This document shows positions 1 to 10,214 of a stretch of DNA of 64,000 bases, one piece after another. The translations under genes were made by a program, and so were the position numbers. The DNA lies in contig DATDVE010000023.1 of assembly GCA_036517655.1 (NCBI GenBank), positions 1,358-65,357 on the forward strand, in the 5' to 3' direction. This DNA is from Minisyncoccota bacterium. GTDB lineage: Bacteria; Patescibacteriota; Minisyncoccia; Phycocordibacterales; DATDSR01. The notes below the pieces were generated by a model. It made no database searches and was not told the origin of the DNA. It saw nothing but the letters and a program-made list of their open reading frames with translations. The first letter of the stretch is position 1. Every line of letters starts with the position of its first letter.

Positions 1-239
1 GTCTTGTTGCTTTTCTTTATAAAGCCGTTCACAAAGTAAATTGTTTCGTCTATAACAAAAAATGTAAATCTACTATTCTTTACAATCAACTCCCGTATCT
101 TGCCTCGTAAACTTTTAGTGCGAGCTAGTTCAAGGTGTCCCTCTACCATAACAGATATTGAAGCGGCAAGTTTAGCTCTCTGATCGATAGGCAATGTGTC
201 TATAAACTCCTTGGCTGGTTGCAGAAATCTTGTTTTCAC
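1..239 (-). CDS. RelE/HigB (Gp49-like) toxin family protein, runs off the window edge
   Basis: Manual translation from GTG 239: MKTRFLQPAKEFIDTLPIDQRAKL...KSLRGKIRELIVKNSRFTFF...YFVNGFIKKSNK; the K.L.G.I.EL and F.KK..K pattern fits this family. Confidence 0.65.
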   Translation of the reverse strand, partial: MKTRFLQPAKEFIDTLPIDQRAKLAASISVMVEGHLELARTKSLRGKIRELIVKNSRFTFFVIDETIYFVNGFIKKSNK

Positions 240-396
240 TGTTCTTAGTATAGCAAAGTTGCTATATCAATGTCAAGCAGGATATTCAGGTGATCAATTG
301 ATTCGGAGGATGAGTATTAAGCTCTTGTTTCGGCCTGTATTTAAGAGCTAAAAACTGATAAAATATAAGAACCCGAAGGGGATTCGAACTATCAAA

Positions 397-897
397 ATGG
401 CAAAATTATATATCATGTGCGGCTTAGCATTTTCTGGCAAAAGCACGCTGTCTAGAAAAGTTTCAGGAAGTAAGGGATACGAGCTATTAGCCTTTGATAA
501 GCTTTGGGTAGAAACAGAAAAGGAACGATATGTGCCACAGGGGGCAGAAGGCTGGAGGCTGATCCGAGATCTGGCTCAAGAAAAAGTGCTTGCCACTCTT
601 AAATCCGGTATCTCCGTAGTCTACGATGACAACAATCCGAAAAAAGAACATAGGGAGGAATTGAGAGAAGTGGCGAGAAAAGCAGAAGTAGAATCATTTG
701 TTATATATTTAGACACGCCCTTGGATATCATTAGGGCCAGAGAAGAAGCTAACCGAACTTTGCAGAATCGGCATGATGTCGACCCCGTAAATTTTGATAA
801 AGTTTTAAAAGATTTAGAACCTCCAACCTCTGACGAAAATGTAATTGTATTCAGACCAGAAGACGATGTAGAAAAGTTCGTTGGCCGTTTGAAATAA
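397..897 (+). CDS. P-loop kinase (AAA_33-like)
   Basis: Walker A GLAFSGKST; VVYDDNN; R..R lid. Confidence 0.8.
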   Translation: MAKLYIMCGLAFSGKSTLSRKVSGSKGYELLAFDKLWVETEKERYVPQGAEGWRLIRDLAQEKVLATLKSGISVVYDDNNPKKEHREELREVARKAEVESFVIYLDTPLDIIRAREEANRTLQNRHDVDPVNFDKVLKDLEPPTSDENVIVFRPEDDVEKFVGRLK

Positions 898-906
898 ATA
901 AACAAA

Positions 907-1458
907 ATGAGAGTTGTGGTTATAAGACATACGGAGACAGACTGGAACAAAGATGGTCGCTATCAGGGCCGCACTGATATTCCCATTAATGATATTGGAG
1001 AAAAACAAGCAAGAGCACTGGGTGAGGAATTAAAATTGCTAAACATTAAGAAAATTATCAGTTCGGATCTCACGAGAGCGATTCAGACAGCAAGAATTGT
1101 GAATGAAGCACTCAATTTACCACTGGTCATAGACGAAAGGTTGCGGGAATCAGGATTCGGTGAGATTGAAGGGCATACTAAGCAAGAAGTAGGAGAAAAA
1201 TTTGGCCAAGAATGGATAAAGCATCTAGACGATCACCATGTAGCGTACAATTTTAGACCACTTGGAGGAGAGCATCGTGATGATGTGTTGAATCGGTATT
1301 TAGAAGTGATTGATGGGTTGGCCGAAGAGCATACAGTCGATACTATTCTATTAGTAGCACATGGTAGGGGGTTACGAACACTCGCGGGGCACATGGGCCA
1401 GCCTCCAGATATTGAGCGAGGCGAGTATCGAGTATTTGAGTATCCTGCCGGGCAGTAG
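907..1458 (+). CDS. Histidine phosphatase family protein
   Basis: RHTET-WN, SSDL-RA-QTA, LRE-GFG, VAHG motifs. Confidence 0.9.
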   Translation: MRVVVIRHTETDWNKDGRYQGRTDIPINDIGEKQARALGEELKLLNIKKIISSDLTRAIQTARIVNEALNLPLVIDERLRESGFGEIEGHTKQEVGEKFGQEWIKHLDDHHVAYNFRPLGGEHRDDVLNRYLEVIDGLAEEHTVDTILLVAHGRGLRTLAGHMGQPPDIERGEYRVFEYPAGQ

Positions 1459-1560
1459 TTTAAGCGTATCTCGGGTAAACTATCCACAGATTAGGAAAGT
1501 TTTTACTGTTGCTCTATTGGGGGTAGAATGGATTATCTTACTAATAACTTTATTACGTAC

Positions 1561-3918
1561 ATGGCACACACTAAGTCCCGCGCCGCTCACAAGAATTCTG
1601 CAAAGAAATCTGCAGTTACGAAGAAAGTTACCTGGCCGAAGGAGATAACCAAGCGTGATGGGCGATTGGTGCCATTTGAACAAGAGAGAATTACTGCGGC
1701 GGTGACAAAGGCAATGGTGGCTGCGGGCGAATTCGTGATCGCGGCACCCGAACTTGTGCGTGATGCAGTTGTGGCGGAGCTCGGCAAGATGCATATGGCC
1801 AATCCCGCCTATATGCCAACGGTGGAGGCGCTCCAAGACATCGTCGAGAAGCAATTAATTTTGAATAAATTCCCGGCCACAGCTAAAGCCTACATTTTAT
1901 ACAGGCAGAAACATGCCGAGATGCGCAAGCAGGGGCGCGAGGTACCCGAGAAGGTACGCGAACTTGCGGAAGAGAGTTCCAAATTTTTCTCCAACAAACT
2001 TTCTGAACTTGTCTACTACACCACTTACTCGAAGTGGATACCGGAAGAGAATAGGCGCGAGACTTGGATCGAGACGGTGGATCGCTACATAAACTTCATG
2101 CGCGAGAACTTGGGAGATAAGTTGCGTGAGGATGAATACGCGGAAGTTCGCGATGCAATGCTACACATGCGCTCGATGGGTTCGATGCGTTTGCTTTGGT
2201 CAGCAGGACCTGCGGCACGCAAGAGCAATGTCTGCGCGTACAATTGCTCGTTCATCGCGCCGTCGTGTTGGAAGGATTTCGCCGAGATAATTTATATCTC
2301 GATGTGCGGCACAGGACTCGGCTTCTCTGTCGAGCAACAGACAGTGGGACTCTTACCTATGATCGAGCGCCAGAATGGCAAGAAGTTGGCCAATTATGTT
2401 ATTGATGATTCGAAGGAGGGTTGGGCCAATGCGCTCTGGCATGGCATGGAGACTTGGGCAGCTGGTCAGGATGTAGAATTTGATTTCTCGAAGATTCGTC
2501 CGGCCGGTGCACGGCTTGCCACTATGGGCGGTCGGGCTTCTGGCCCCGAGCCTCTGCGCAGGCTGCTTGCCTTCACGCGCGAGCGCATGCTCTCTCGTCA
2601 GGGTCGCCGCCTTACTCCGCTTGATGTGCATGACATTATCTGTATGGAGGGGGAATGTGTGGTAGCCGGTGGAGTGCGTCGCAGCGCCCTTATCTCGATC
2701 TCTGATCTTGACGATACAGATATGCGCCATGCCAAGGACGGCCAGTTCTATCTGCAGAATGCCCAGCGAGCCATGTCCAACAACTCGGCTGCTTACAACG
2801 AGAAGCCCTCTGTCGAAGTTTTCCTCGATGAGTGGAACAATTTGGTCAAATCTGGCTCAGGTGAGCGGGGAATTTGGAATCGCGGCTCGCTCAAAAAGCA
2901 ATTACCAGTGCGTAGGTGGAAGCTCTTTGAGCGTGACATGTGGCGCTCTGGCGTTAATCCTTGTGGCGAGATCGTGCTCAAGAGCAAAGAATTCTGCAAC
3001 CTAACTGAAGTTTGCGCCCGCAAAGAAGATACAGAAGATACTTTGATGGAGAAGGTCAGGATAGGTGCGATACTGGGTACGTATCAAGCAACTTTGACGA
3101 ACTTCGGTTTCTTATCACCCGAATGGAAGAAGAATTGCGAGGAAGAAGCTCTTTTGGGTGTCTCAATAACTGGCCAATGGGATTGTCCGGCCTTGCGCAA
3201 CCCTAACACGTTCAGGAAATTGAAAGAGGTTGCGATAGAAACTAACAGGGAGTACGCGACTAGATTCGGCATTAGGCCCTCTGCTGCGATTACTTGCGTC
3301 AAGCCATCCGGTAACACATCTCAACTCTTTAACTCAAGTTCTGGCATGCACCCTCGACATGCGCCTTACTATATTAGGCGAGTTCGCATAGAGGGACATA
3401 ATCCGATCTTCAAGATGCTCAAGGAAGCAGGTGTGCCGTACTTCCCTGAAGTGGGCCAGAATGTGGATACGGCTACTACCTTCGTACTCGAATTCCCAAT
3501 CAAGGCACCAGATAAATCTGTCTTCAAAGATGACATGACAGCTATCGAGCAATTGGAATACTGGAAGATGGTCAAGGAGAATTTCACCGAGCATAATCCA
3601 TCCACTACAATTTCGGTGGGTGATAGCGAGTGGTTGCAAGTAGCAAATTGGGTTTATGCGAACTGGGATATGGTAGGAGGACTCTCGTTCTTGCCACGCT
3701 CTAATCATGTCTATCGTCTGGCTCCGTACGAAGAGATAACCAAAGATCAATATGACGAATTGGTGAAGAAGTTCCCAGACCTAGACTTCGCCAAACTCGT
3801 GCTCTACGAATACGATGATGCCAATGCCAACCAAGGAGCCAAAGAGCTGGCCTGTGTCTCGGGAGTCTGCGAAGTAGATGTTTCAACGAGCGACCTGGTA
3901 AAAGAAGGCAAAGCTTAG
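1561..3918 (+). CDS. nrdJ: Class II (AdoCbl-dependent) ribonucleotide reductase with N-terminal ATP cone
   Basis: ITKRDG ATP cone; YNCSF, NPCGEI, FCNLTE, VKPSG; C-terminal CVSGVC. Start 1561 preferred because ATG 1528 overlaps a TAGAAT -10 box. Confidence 0.9.
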   Translation: MAHTKSRAAHKNSAKKSAVTKKVTWPKEITKRDGRLVPFEQERITAAVTKAMVAAGEFVIAAPELVRDAVVAELGKMHMANPAYMPTVEALQDIVEKQLILNKFPATAKAYILYRQKHAEMRKQGREVPEKVRELAEESSKFFSNKLSELVYYTTYSKWIPEENRRETWIETVDRYINFMRENLGDKLREDEYAEVRDAMLHMRSMGSMRLLWSAGPAARKSNVCAYNCSFIAPSCWKDFAEIIYISMCGTGLGFSVEQQTVGLLPMIERQNGKKLANYVIDDSKEGWANALWHGMETWAAGQDVEFDFSKIRPAGARLATMGGRASGPEPLRRLLAFTRERMLSRQGRRLTPLDVHDIICMEGECVVAGGVRRSALISISDLDDTDMRHAKDGQFYLQNAQRAMSNNSAAYNEKPSVEVFLDEWNNLVKSGSGERGIWNRGSLKKQLPVRRWKLFERDMWRSGVNPCGEIVLKSKEFCNLTEVCARKEDTEDTLMEKVRIGAILGTYQATLTNFGFLSPEWKKNCEEEALLGVSITGQWDCPALRNPNTFRKLKEVAIETNREYATRFGIRPSAAITCVKPSGNTSQLFNSSSGMHPRHAPYYIRRVRIEGHNPIFKMLKEAGVPYFPEVGQNVDTATTFVLEFPIKAPDKSVFKDDMTAIEQLEYWKMVKENFTEHNPSTTISVGDSEWLQVANWVYANWDMVGGLSFLPRSNHVYRLAPYEEITKDQYDELVKKFPDLDFAKLVLYEYDDANANQGAKELACVSGVCEVDVSTSDLVKEGKA

Positions 3919-3931
3919 TAAGCTTGTTGTA

Positions 3932-4183
3932 ATGGAAGAAAATAAAATACTTCAATCTCTGGCGGGTGTGCAAAAAAGTGTTAATGATCTTTCGAGTGAC
4001 TTACGTTCTTTCAAGAAAGAAGTAAGGGACGAGTTTACTCAAGTGCACGAAAGTCTCGCCGAACTTAAAGCCTCTGCAGGAGCCACAGACAAGATCCTTG
4101 AACAACACCCAGTAAAGAGAATAGAAAGAATAGAATCACACCTAAACCTGACAAAATTTTCACTAGAATCTTCCGACGAATAG
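3932..4183 (+). CDS. Small coiled-coil hypothetical protein
   Basis: Heptad-rich 83-aa ORF; similar in character to 18360..18632. Confidence 0.6.
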   Translation: MEENKILQSLAGVQKSVNDLSSDLRSFKKEVRDEFTQVHESLAELKASAGATDKILEQHPVKRIERIESHLNLTKFSLESSDE

Positions 4184-4252
4184 CCTATTGCAAAATAAAC
4201 TAGAGTGTGATATAATTGACATAGGGTGATCAAGCCCTAAAGGAGGTACTTC

Positions 4253-4531
4253 ATGAAGGCCCAAAGGCTCTCTAGGGCGGAGTTTTTCGCCAAGATCGCA
4301 AGAATCGGTAATGTGCACAAGAAGTGCCGTGACCCAAAGGTCCTAGCGGCGGCAGCCGAGCGCGATGGCATCCCAATCAAGAGCGTTGCAATGACCGGAG
4401 ACCCGATTATGGAGGCACTCGTAGTTGTGAGTTTTCCGGAGGAGTGTTCCCCAGTCCATTTTATCGTAGCATTCGAATGGGCATGGGAGCACTATCACCG
4501 GGCTTGCTCAAGGCTAAGAAATAAGCGCTAG
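4253..4531 (+). CDS. Hypothetical protein (stand-alone cassette)
   Basis: TTGCAA/TG-TATAAT promoter at ~4188-4216, AAGGAGG SD, downstream hairpin. Confidence 0.65.
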   Translation: MKAQRLSRAEFFAKIARIGNVHKKCRDPKVLAAAAERDGIPIKSVAMTGDPIMEALVVVSFPEECSPVHFIVAFEWAWEHYHRACSRLRNKR

Positions 4532-4556
4532 GGCGCTTACGAGATGTCGGGTTACA

Positions 4557-4583
4557 GTCGCCGAGCCGCAAGCTCGGCGACTT
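4557..4583 (+). terminator. Hairpin/terminator
   Basis: agtcgccgagc-cgcaa-gctcggcgact followed by ttcctt. Confidence 0.6.
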
Positions 4584-4606
4584 TCCTTCTATGCTATACT
4601 TTTTAT

Positions 4607-5707
4607 ATGCTGGACGGACTTTTCGTACGTAAGGCAAACTATGATCGAGTAGATTCTATATTGAAACGCGAAAATTTTGCATTCACTAGTGATGACGTCA
4701 CCTCTTTTTTAAAGGGAAACCAAAAGGGCTTGCGTTATGGCAACAAGGTGTTGCTACGTAATGAGGCGGGTATTTTCCAGAAACGCTTCTTAAAAATCGT
4801 CATCGACGGCACTTATAGAACGTATAACTTATTTAAGCGCCAGGTGAAAATAACAGAAGCTCTTCAAGAAGATAAGAATTTTGATTCCCGAACGTTGGCT
4901 GTGGTGCGCTCTTCTGTGAAGCCACCAGTTCCATATGCTATTTTCGAAACTCTTGATGAAGGTGATGGGTTTGGCTTTATGCATGACAACTTGTCTTTTT
5001 ATGAAAAATTTACAGAACAGGAGATGGAAAAACTTGTTGAGACAATGTACAAATTCCACGAGGCCGGGGCAAATGTTAATCAAAAAACCATAAAGCTGGC
5101 TCGTGACATTCCACCTAGATTAAAGACTTATGTTAAAGAAGCAGATAAACTGCTTGGTACTCGTGTTGTTCACAAAAAGAAGGACGGAAGTGAGACTAAG
5201 GAGCAAGTTGGCACACTAATTGCCCAGTATATGGGTATAACGGATGTTAAATCACGCGTATCAAATGCATTTCAGCAGAATTTTGTGCGCATCAGAGCAA
5301 TGGAATCAAGTAACTATTTTTTAGTACATGCAGATATGCAGATTGATAATGTGTACAGACACAATAATGGAGATTTTGAGCTAATTGATTTTGAGTGGGT
5401 GGGAAGAACAAAGAATCATGCTGTTGCTATTATGTATGACTACGGCAACCTACGTGCTCGAGCTTGGTCATCAAAAAGGTTTCAATTAATGCTAGATGGT
5501 ACTATGATTAATGTTGGTGCCAGGTACAAGTACAGTCCAGACCTAGTTAAGGCGGGGCTTACATTAGGGAAGCTACGTTCTTCACTAATGATGGCCAGGT
5601 TTCATTTAGATTTTACTAACACAGTTAAAGAAGATAAACGCACAGAAGGGCAATATTATGATATGTACCCAAGAACAATCGCTACTCTTGCTGAAGTTTT
5701 AAAGTGA
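4607..5707 (+). CDS. APH/choline-kinase-like phosphotransferase
   Basis: LVHADMQIDN and LIDFEW motifs; start moved to ATG 4607, 6 nt after TG-CTATACT. Confidence 0.75.
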   Translation: MLDGLFVRKANYDRVDSILKRENFAFTSDDVTSFLKGNQKGLRYGNKVLLRNEAGIFQKRFLKIVIDGTYRTYNLFKRQVKITEALQEDKNFDSRTLAVVRSSVKPPVPYAIFETLDEGDGFGFMHDNLSFYEKFTEQEMEKLVETMYKFHEAGANVNQKTIKLARDIPPRLKTYVKEADKLLGTRVVHKKKDGSETKEQVGTLIAQYMGITDVKSRVSNAFQQNFVRIRAMESSNYFLVHADMQIDNVYRHNNGDFELIDFEWVGRTKNHAVAIMYDYGNLRARAWSSKRFQLMLDGTMINVGARYKYSPDLVKAGLTLGKLRSSLMMARFHLDFTNTVKEDKRTEGQYYDMYPRTIATLAEVLK

Positions 5708-5710
5708 TAG

Positions 5711-5740
5711 CAAAACGGACCACTTGCGCGGTCCGTTTTG
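5711..5740. terminator. Bidirectional intrinsic terminator
   Basis: caaaacggacc-loop-ggtccgttttg between convergent genes. Confidence 0.75.
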
Positions 5741-5749
5741 ATTTTTGTT

Positions 5750-6185
5750 GTACGTGCCTATAAGCCGGATTCTGTCCTCCCTTGCGGGATGGATAATCAT
5801 TTGTCTTGATCCGATATTGCTATCGAGATTCTTTGCGAGCACTCTGCCAATCTTGCCCACCGCAGGTGGTTGCAATGATTGAGCACCCTTCCGTAGCCTT
5901 GGCGAAGGAGGGCGGGTAACCCTACTACGCTAAAGCTTCGCAGGGCTCTCAATTTTGCAGCTGCCAGCGGCAGGCAAAATTGGAGCACGACTCTTGCACA
6001 CAGGTAAGTATTTTGCCGTTTCATCCGAACTTAATCGGTTCGTCACTGTTCGCAACTCTTGGATTGCTCCAGATGGGCATTACCCACTACCTTCTCCCAC
6101 TTCGCACAAGGCTTCGCGGGACGTGTGTCCGGACTTTCCTCCCCACTTCGCACAAGGCTTCGCGGGGCGATTATCCGGCACGTAC
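5750..6185 (-). ncRNA. rnpB: RNase P RNA with multiple hairpin insertions
   Basis: Minus strand has GAGGAAAGUCC, UGAAACGGC and ACAGAAUCCGGCUUA; P1 helix GUACGUGCC/GGCACGUAC. Confidence 0.95.
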
Positions 6186-6209
6186 ATGATCAATTATATC
6201 ATATCTAGG

Positions 6210-6416
6210 CTACAAAATCAACTTAATACCGCGTTTGGGCCTTTTTAGGCCTTCTTTTTCAGCGAATTTCTCGAGTTCTGAGATATTATAGACTCTGTAG
6301 CCATTCTTGTTACGCCTGGCTTTAAGCTTGCCTGTCTTGTCCCAGTTGCGCAGAGTTTCCACGGAGATCCTTAAGATCTCTGCCGCTGATCTGATAGTTA
6401 CCAAGCCGCCGTTCAT
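6210..6416 (-). CDS. MerR-family HTH protein
   Basis: IRSAAEILRISVETLRNWD...GYRVY. Confidence 0.85.
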   Translation of the reverse strand: MNGGLVTIRSAAEILRISVETLRNWDKTGKLKARRNKNGYRVYNISELEKFAEKEGLKRPKRGIKLIL

Positions 6417-6496
6417 TCCCATTAGAAACTCACGATATAGTTTGCTAATTTTATCATAGTTGTGTGTGGTGTTGATTTGGGGTGTTTCTAACGGGA
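6417..6496. repeat. ~80-bp element with TCCCRTTAGAA inverted ends (copy 1)
   Basis: tcccattagaaac ... gtttctaacggga; related copy at 45644..45723. Confidence 0.6.
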
Positions 6497-6519
6497 CACG
6501 TGTGATAGACTGATTCTAA

Positions 6520-8508
6520 ATGGAAGAGAAGAAAATAGCCAGTGCTCTCCTCGCCCTACTTGCTTTCGTCCTGCCTATTGCCGAGCTTCCTTTCGGAGCG
6601 AGTGTCATCACGGCTGACAAGAAGTTGATATTTGCCATCGGGTCTATCCTCCTCATACTAGTATGGTCGGTAGCCCGCATTATTGACGGTAGCTTTGTTG
6701 TCCCCAGGTCATCTCTACTATATGCCGGATTTGCCGTTGGACTCGCATATCTGGCTGGGGCGATTTTTTCCTTAGATAGAGCAACCTCCTTTTCCGGAAA
6801 TCTCTTCGATAACGAAACTTTTTGGGTAATTGCTCTCCTGCTTGCCCTAATGTATATCTCGAGCTTGGCCTTCCAGAATCTTCATCGTGCGGCGCTGTTC
6901 TATCTTGCCTTACTTGCCTCCGGAGCTCTCTTATTTGTAAATGAGGTCCTGCGCGCCTCTTTCGGATGGAATCTTGGAGCTCTCGGCAAGTTATACGACG
7001 TTGGTATCTTTTTCGGCCTCATTCTTCTCCTTGCTCTAATCTTCCTTGAATTTGCCCCGAAGACTGCTTTCCTGCGACGGGCGAGTTTGGTAATGTTTGT
7101 AATTTCGCTTTTTGCTCTACTTGTTATCAATTTCACTCTTGTCTGGTGGGTGATTGGAGTTTGTTCTCTTGTCCTCATATCCCGCACTCTCTACAGCCGG
7201 AAGTGTAACAGCCTACCTCCCACGGTTCCGTATTTCCCAGTGATTGTAGTTGTTGTTTCTATATCCGCAATTATTTTTGGTTACCTAGGTGGTCCAATTG
7301 AGAGAGTCACCTCAACAATTGCTCCGCACCCCTTTGAAGTTCGGCCCTCTCCTTCTATGACTTGGGATGTTGCCCTTAGTTCGCTTGCCACGAATCTAGC
7401 TTTTGGCATCGGCCCAAATCTCTTTGTGCAGGAGTGGCACATGAGTAAGCCGGATTCTGTGAATACTGGTGACTACTTCGGGGCTGACTTTAACGTTGGT
7501 TTTAGTCATTTGCTCACTGCTCCAGTGACTGTGGGTTTATTTGGTTTCCTTGCTTCCCTTTCTCTCATTTGCGCTCTCGGTCTCTACTTGTTTAAGGCCT
7601 TGCGACAGAGTTTGACAGATAGTCCGCAGGTGGCCTATGTACTGGCGTCCTTATTCGGTGCAGTTTACATGCTAGTTTTTTCTGTCTTGTATATTCCGGA
7701 TCTGGTAATCCTTGCTACTACATTTATCCTCATCGGTATTTCTGTCGCATTGGGTGTTCTTGGTGGGGGGATACGTGAGTTGGTCGTGTCATCAAAGATT
7801 TTCCCTCACGTGCGGACATCCGTGGTGCTCGCTCTTGTTGTCCTTGCTCTCGGAAGTCTGTCGCTCTCATATTTGTATATACAGAAGTATAGAGCTTTCG
7901 CCTCCTTTGAGGCGGGCCTTTTCGAGAAGGCGGCCGCGATCGATAATTTTGACGCCTATTACAGGTCCTTGTCCCTCGACTACGTTTCCAAATTCACAGA
8001 AGTTCTCTCTAGGCCGATACCTGGCAGTGAGTCGGAAGTCGGAGCTCTGCGGGAGGAGTTTGCAAACTATTTCGATCAGGCCTCCATAAACGCAAGGGCG
8101 GCGATAGAGGTTGGACCCCATAACTATCTCAACTACGTTCTCCTCGGCAACCTGTATGAGACTGCCACAGCCCTAAATATTGACGGAGCATACGAATACG
8201 CAGGCGAAAATTATAGAAGGGCGATAGAACTTAATCCAACTAATCCGGCCTTGCTGCTTGACCAGGCTCGACTCGAAATCGTCAGAAATAATCCCGAAGG
8301 AGCGGTAGAGCCGCTTGCGGCCGCTATCAGAATGAAGCCAAACTACATTCCCGCTTACATCCTAGAGGCAGAGGTTGCCTTCCAGGCGGGGGACTATGTT
8401 GCGGCTCTAGAGAAGCTCGAACTTGTCTCAAGCTTTGCCCCGGATGATCCGAATGTGATCGCGGCTCTCTCAAATCTAAAGGCCGGTAACGCTCCGTATA
8501 GTCGCTAG
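6520..8508 (+). CDS. Polytopic membrane protein, O-antigen-ligase-like with C-terminal TPR
   Basis: About 12 hydrophobic segments, FGIGP motif, TPR-like helices (YRRAIELNP). Confidence 0.7.
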   Translation: MEEKKIASALLALLAFVLPIAELPFGASVITADKKLIFAIGSILLILVWSVARIIDGSFVVPRSSLLYAGFAVGLAYLAGAIFSLDRATSFSGNLFDNETFWVIALLLALMYISSLAFQNLHRAALFYLALLASGALLFVNEVLRASFGWNLGALGKLYDVGIFFGLILLLALIFLEFAPKTAFLRRASLVMFVISLFALLVINFTLVWWVIGVCSLVLISRTLYSRKCNSLPPTVPYFPVIVVVVSISAIIFGYLGGPIERVTSTIAPHPFEVRPSPSMTWDVALSSLATNLAFGIGPNLFVQEWHMSKPDSVNTGDYFGADFNVGFSHLLTAPVTVGLFGFLASLSLICALGLYLFKALRQSLTDSPQVAYVLASLFGAVYMLVFSVLYIPDLVILATTFILIGISVALGVLGGGIRELVVSSKIFPHVRTSVVLALVVLALGSLSLSYLYIQKYRAFASFEAGLFEKAAAIDNFDAYYRSLSLDYVSKFTEVLSRPIPGSESEVGALREEFANYFDQASINARAAIEVGPHNYLNYVLLGNLYETATALNIDGAYEYAGENYRRAIELNPTNPALLLDQARLEIVRNNPEGAVEPLAAAIRMKPNYIPAYILEAEVAFQAGDYVAALEKLELVSSFAPDDPNVIAALSNLKAGNAPYSR

Positions 8509-8513
8509 CATCT

Positions 8514-10214
8514 GTGGTCGCGCGTCTAACAAGAGTATTTGGTGGGCCGGTAGAAAGCTTGAACAAGGCTGCTGTCGTGCTCGGCCTCTCTGCTGTAGTT
8601 TCCCAAGTCCTGGCTTTAGTTAGAGACAGAATCTTTGCCCATATTTTTGGAGCAGGGCAGACCTTGGACATATACTACGCCGCCTTCAAGATCCCTGATC
8701 TTTTGTTCGTGTCGGTGGCCTCGCTTGTTTCTATGTCAGTTCTGATCCCATATTTTACTCGAGAACTTAAGACAGGTGATAAGAGTGCTAGGAACTTCCT
8801 TGACTCTATCTTTACTGTTTTTGTGCTGTTGCTTATCGCGCTTGGTGCTCTTGCATACTTACTCATGCCTCGACTGGCTCCTCTAGTTGCACCAGGATTC
8901 CCGCCCGAAGCTTTAAGAGAGCTTATCAATTTATCGCGGATACTCCTACTCTCGCCACTTTTCCTGGGTCTATCGGGTCACGTATCGAGCATTGTGCATT
9001 CTTTCCAGCGCTTTGGTATCTATGCTCTCTCGCCGGTGCTCTATAATATCGGCATTATTCTCGGAGCTCTTTTGTTCTACCCGTATTTTGGATTATCCGG
9101 CCTTGCCTTGGGAGTAGTGTTGGGCGCCTTCCTGCACTTTGCCGTACAATGGCCAACGGTTAGATCCGTTGGTTTTGCCCCGCGCTTACGTGCGGGAATA
9201 ATCTGGCCTAAAGTGAGAGAAGTCTTCCTCATTTCAATTCCGAGAACTTTTACTTTGGGTATCCATCAGATTGTTACTATCATATTTACCGCGGTCGCTT
9301 CAGGGATCGCCGTTGGCTCGATTTCTGTTTTTAACTTCTCCTTCAATCTACAGTCAGTGCCGCTTGCGGTCGTGGGTGTGTCATATTCAATGGCGGCTTT
9401 CCCCACACTTTCGCGACTATTTGCAAGTGGAGCGAGGCGTGAGTTTGGTATGCAGATCAGTCTTGCTGCACGGAACATTATTTTCTGGTCACTGCCCATC
9501 ACTGCACTTTTCATTGTCCTGCGTGCGCAAATAGTGCGCACTGTTTTGGGCACGGGAGCTTTTGACTGGACAAGTACGCGTCTTACGGCAGCTGCCCTTG
9601 CCCTCTTTGCTCTCTCCATACTTGCTCAGAGTTTGGTCCTACTCTTTGTACGCGGCTATTACGCCTCCGGCAACACTCGCATCCCTCTTATTATTAATAT
9701 TGTCTCGGGCGTAGGAATGATTGCTCTTGCTCTTGTTTTGATTCCTCTCTATACCAAGTCCGAAAGCTTCCGTTTCTTCTTCGAGAGCCTCTTTCGGGTC
9801 GGTGGGCTAGGGCGTGATTCAGTCGTACTCATGCTACCTCTTTCGTACAGTATAGGCATGATATGTGCCGCAGGAGCCTATGTGGTTCTGTTCTACCGGA
9901 CTTATAGAGACGAGGCTCTTACGCTTCTTCGCACACTGCGACATTCCTTCTATACCGCTGTGCTCTCTGGTCTCGTTGCGTATAAAGCTCTTGCGCTATT
10001 CGATAATTTGTTTAACCTTGAGACTCTGCCCGGTATCTTCATGCAAGGCTTGCTCTCTGGCCTCTTGGCCATAATATGCGGGGCACTTGTTCTTGTCGCC
10101 TTGCGTAACGGAGAGATAAGAGATCTATACAATATCTTGCGCAGAAAGTTCTGGAGAACCGAGGGGACTTATCCGGAAAGCGTGCCTGGTCCAGAAGAAA
10201 TAAATCAAATATGA
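8514..10214 (+). CDS. murJ: Lipid II flippase MurJ/MviN
   Basis: LVRDRIFAHIFGAG..DIYYAAFKIPD; multi-TM. Confidence 0.9.
   Translation: MVARLTRVFGGPVESLNKAAVVLGLSAVVSQVLALVRDRIFAHIFGAGQTLDIYYAAFKIPDLLFVSVASLVSMSVLIPYFTRELKTGDKSARNFLDSIFTVFVLLLIALGALAYLLMPRLAPLVAPGFPPEALRELINLSRILLLSPLFLGLSGHVSSIVHSFQRFGIYALSPVLYNIGIILGALLFYPYFGLSGLALGVVLGAFLHFAVQWPTVRSVGFAPRLRAGIIWPKVREVFLISIPRTFTLGIHQIVTIIFTAVASGIAVGSISVFNFSFNLQSVPLAVVGVSYSMAAFPTLSRLFASGARREFGMQISLAARNIIFWSLPITALFIVLRAQIVRTVLGTGAFDWTSTRLTAAALALFALSILAQSLVLLFVRGYYASGNTRIPLIINIVSGVGMIALALVLIPLYTKSESFRFFFESLFRVGGLGRDSVVLMLPLSYSIGMICAAGAYVVLFYRTYRDEALTLLRTLRHSFYTAVLSGLVAYKALALFDNLFNLETLPGIFMQGLLSGLLAIICGALVLVALRNGEIRDLYNILRRKFWRTEGTYPESVPGPEEINQI

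Noticed and set aside
372-390. cccgaaggggattcgaac, resembling a reverse-complemented tRNA 3' end (possible att scar)
   Set aside because: No cloverleaf and no matching partner in the window; it could be an att site of a tRNA outside the window but that cannot be supported here
4522-4539. taagcgctagggcgctta, similar to the RAYT-2 REP
   Set aside because: Short, imperfect and overlapping a stop codon; chance or a terminator is equally likely
5797-6248. ORFs 5797..6024, 5955..6248 and 5980..6189
   Set aside because: They overlap RNase P RNA and are spurious
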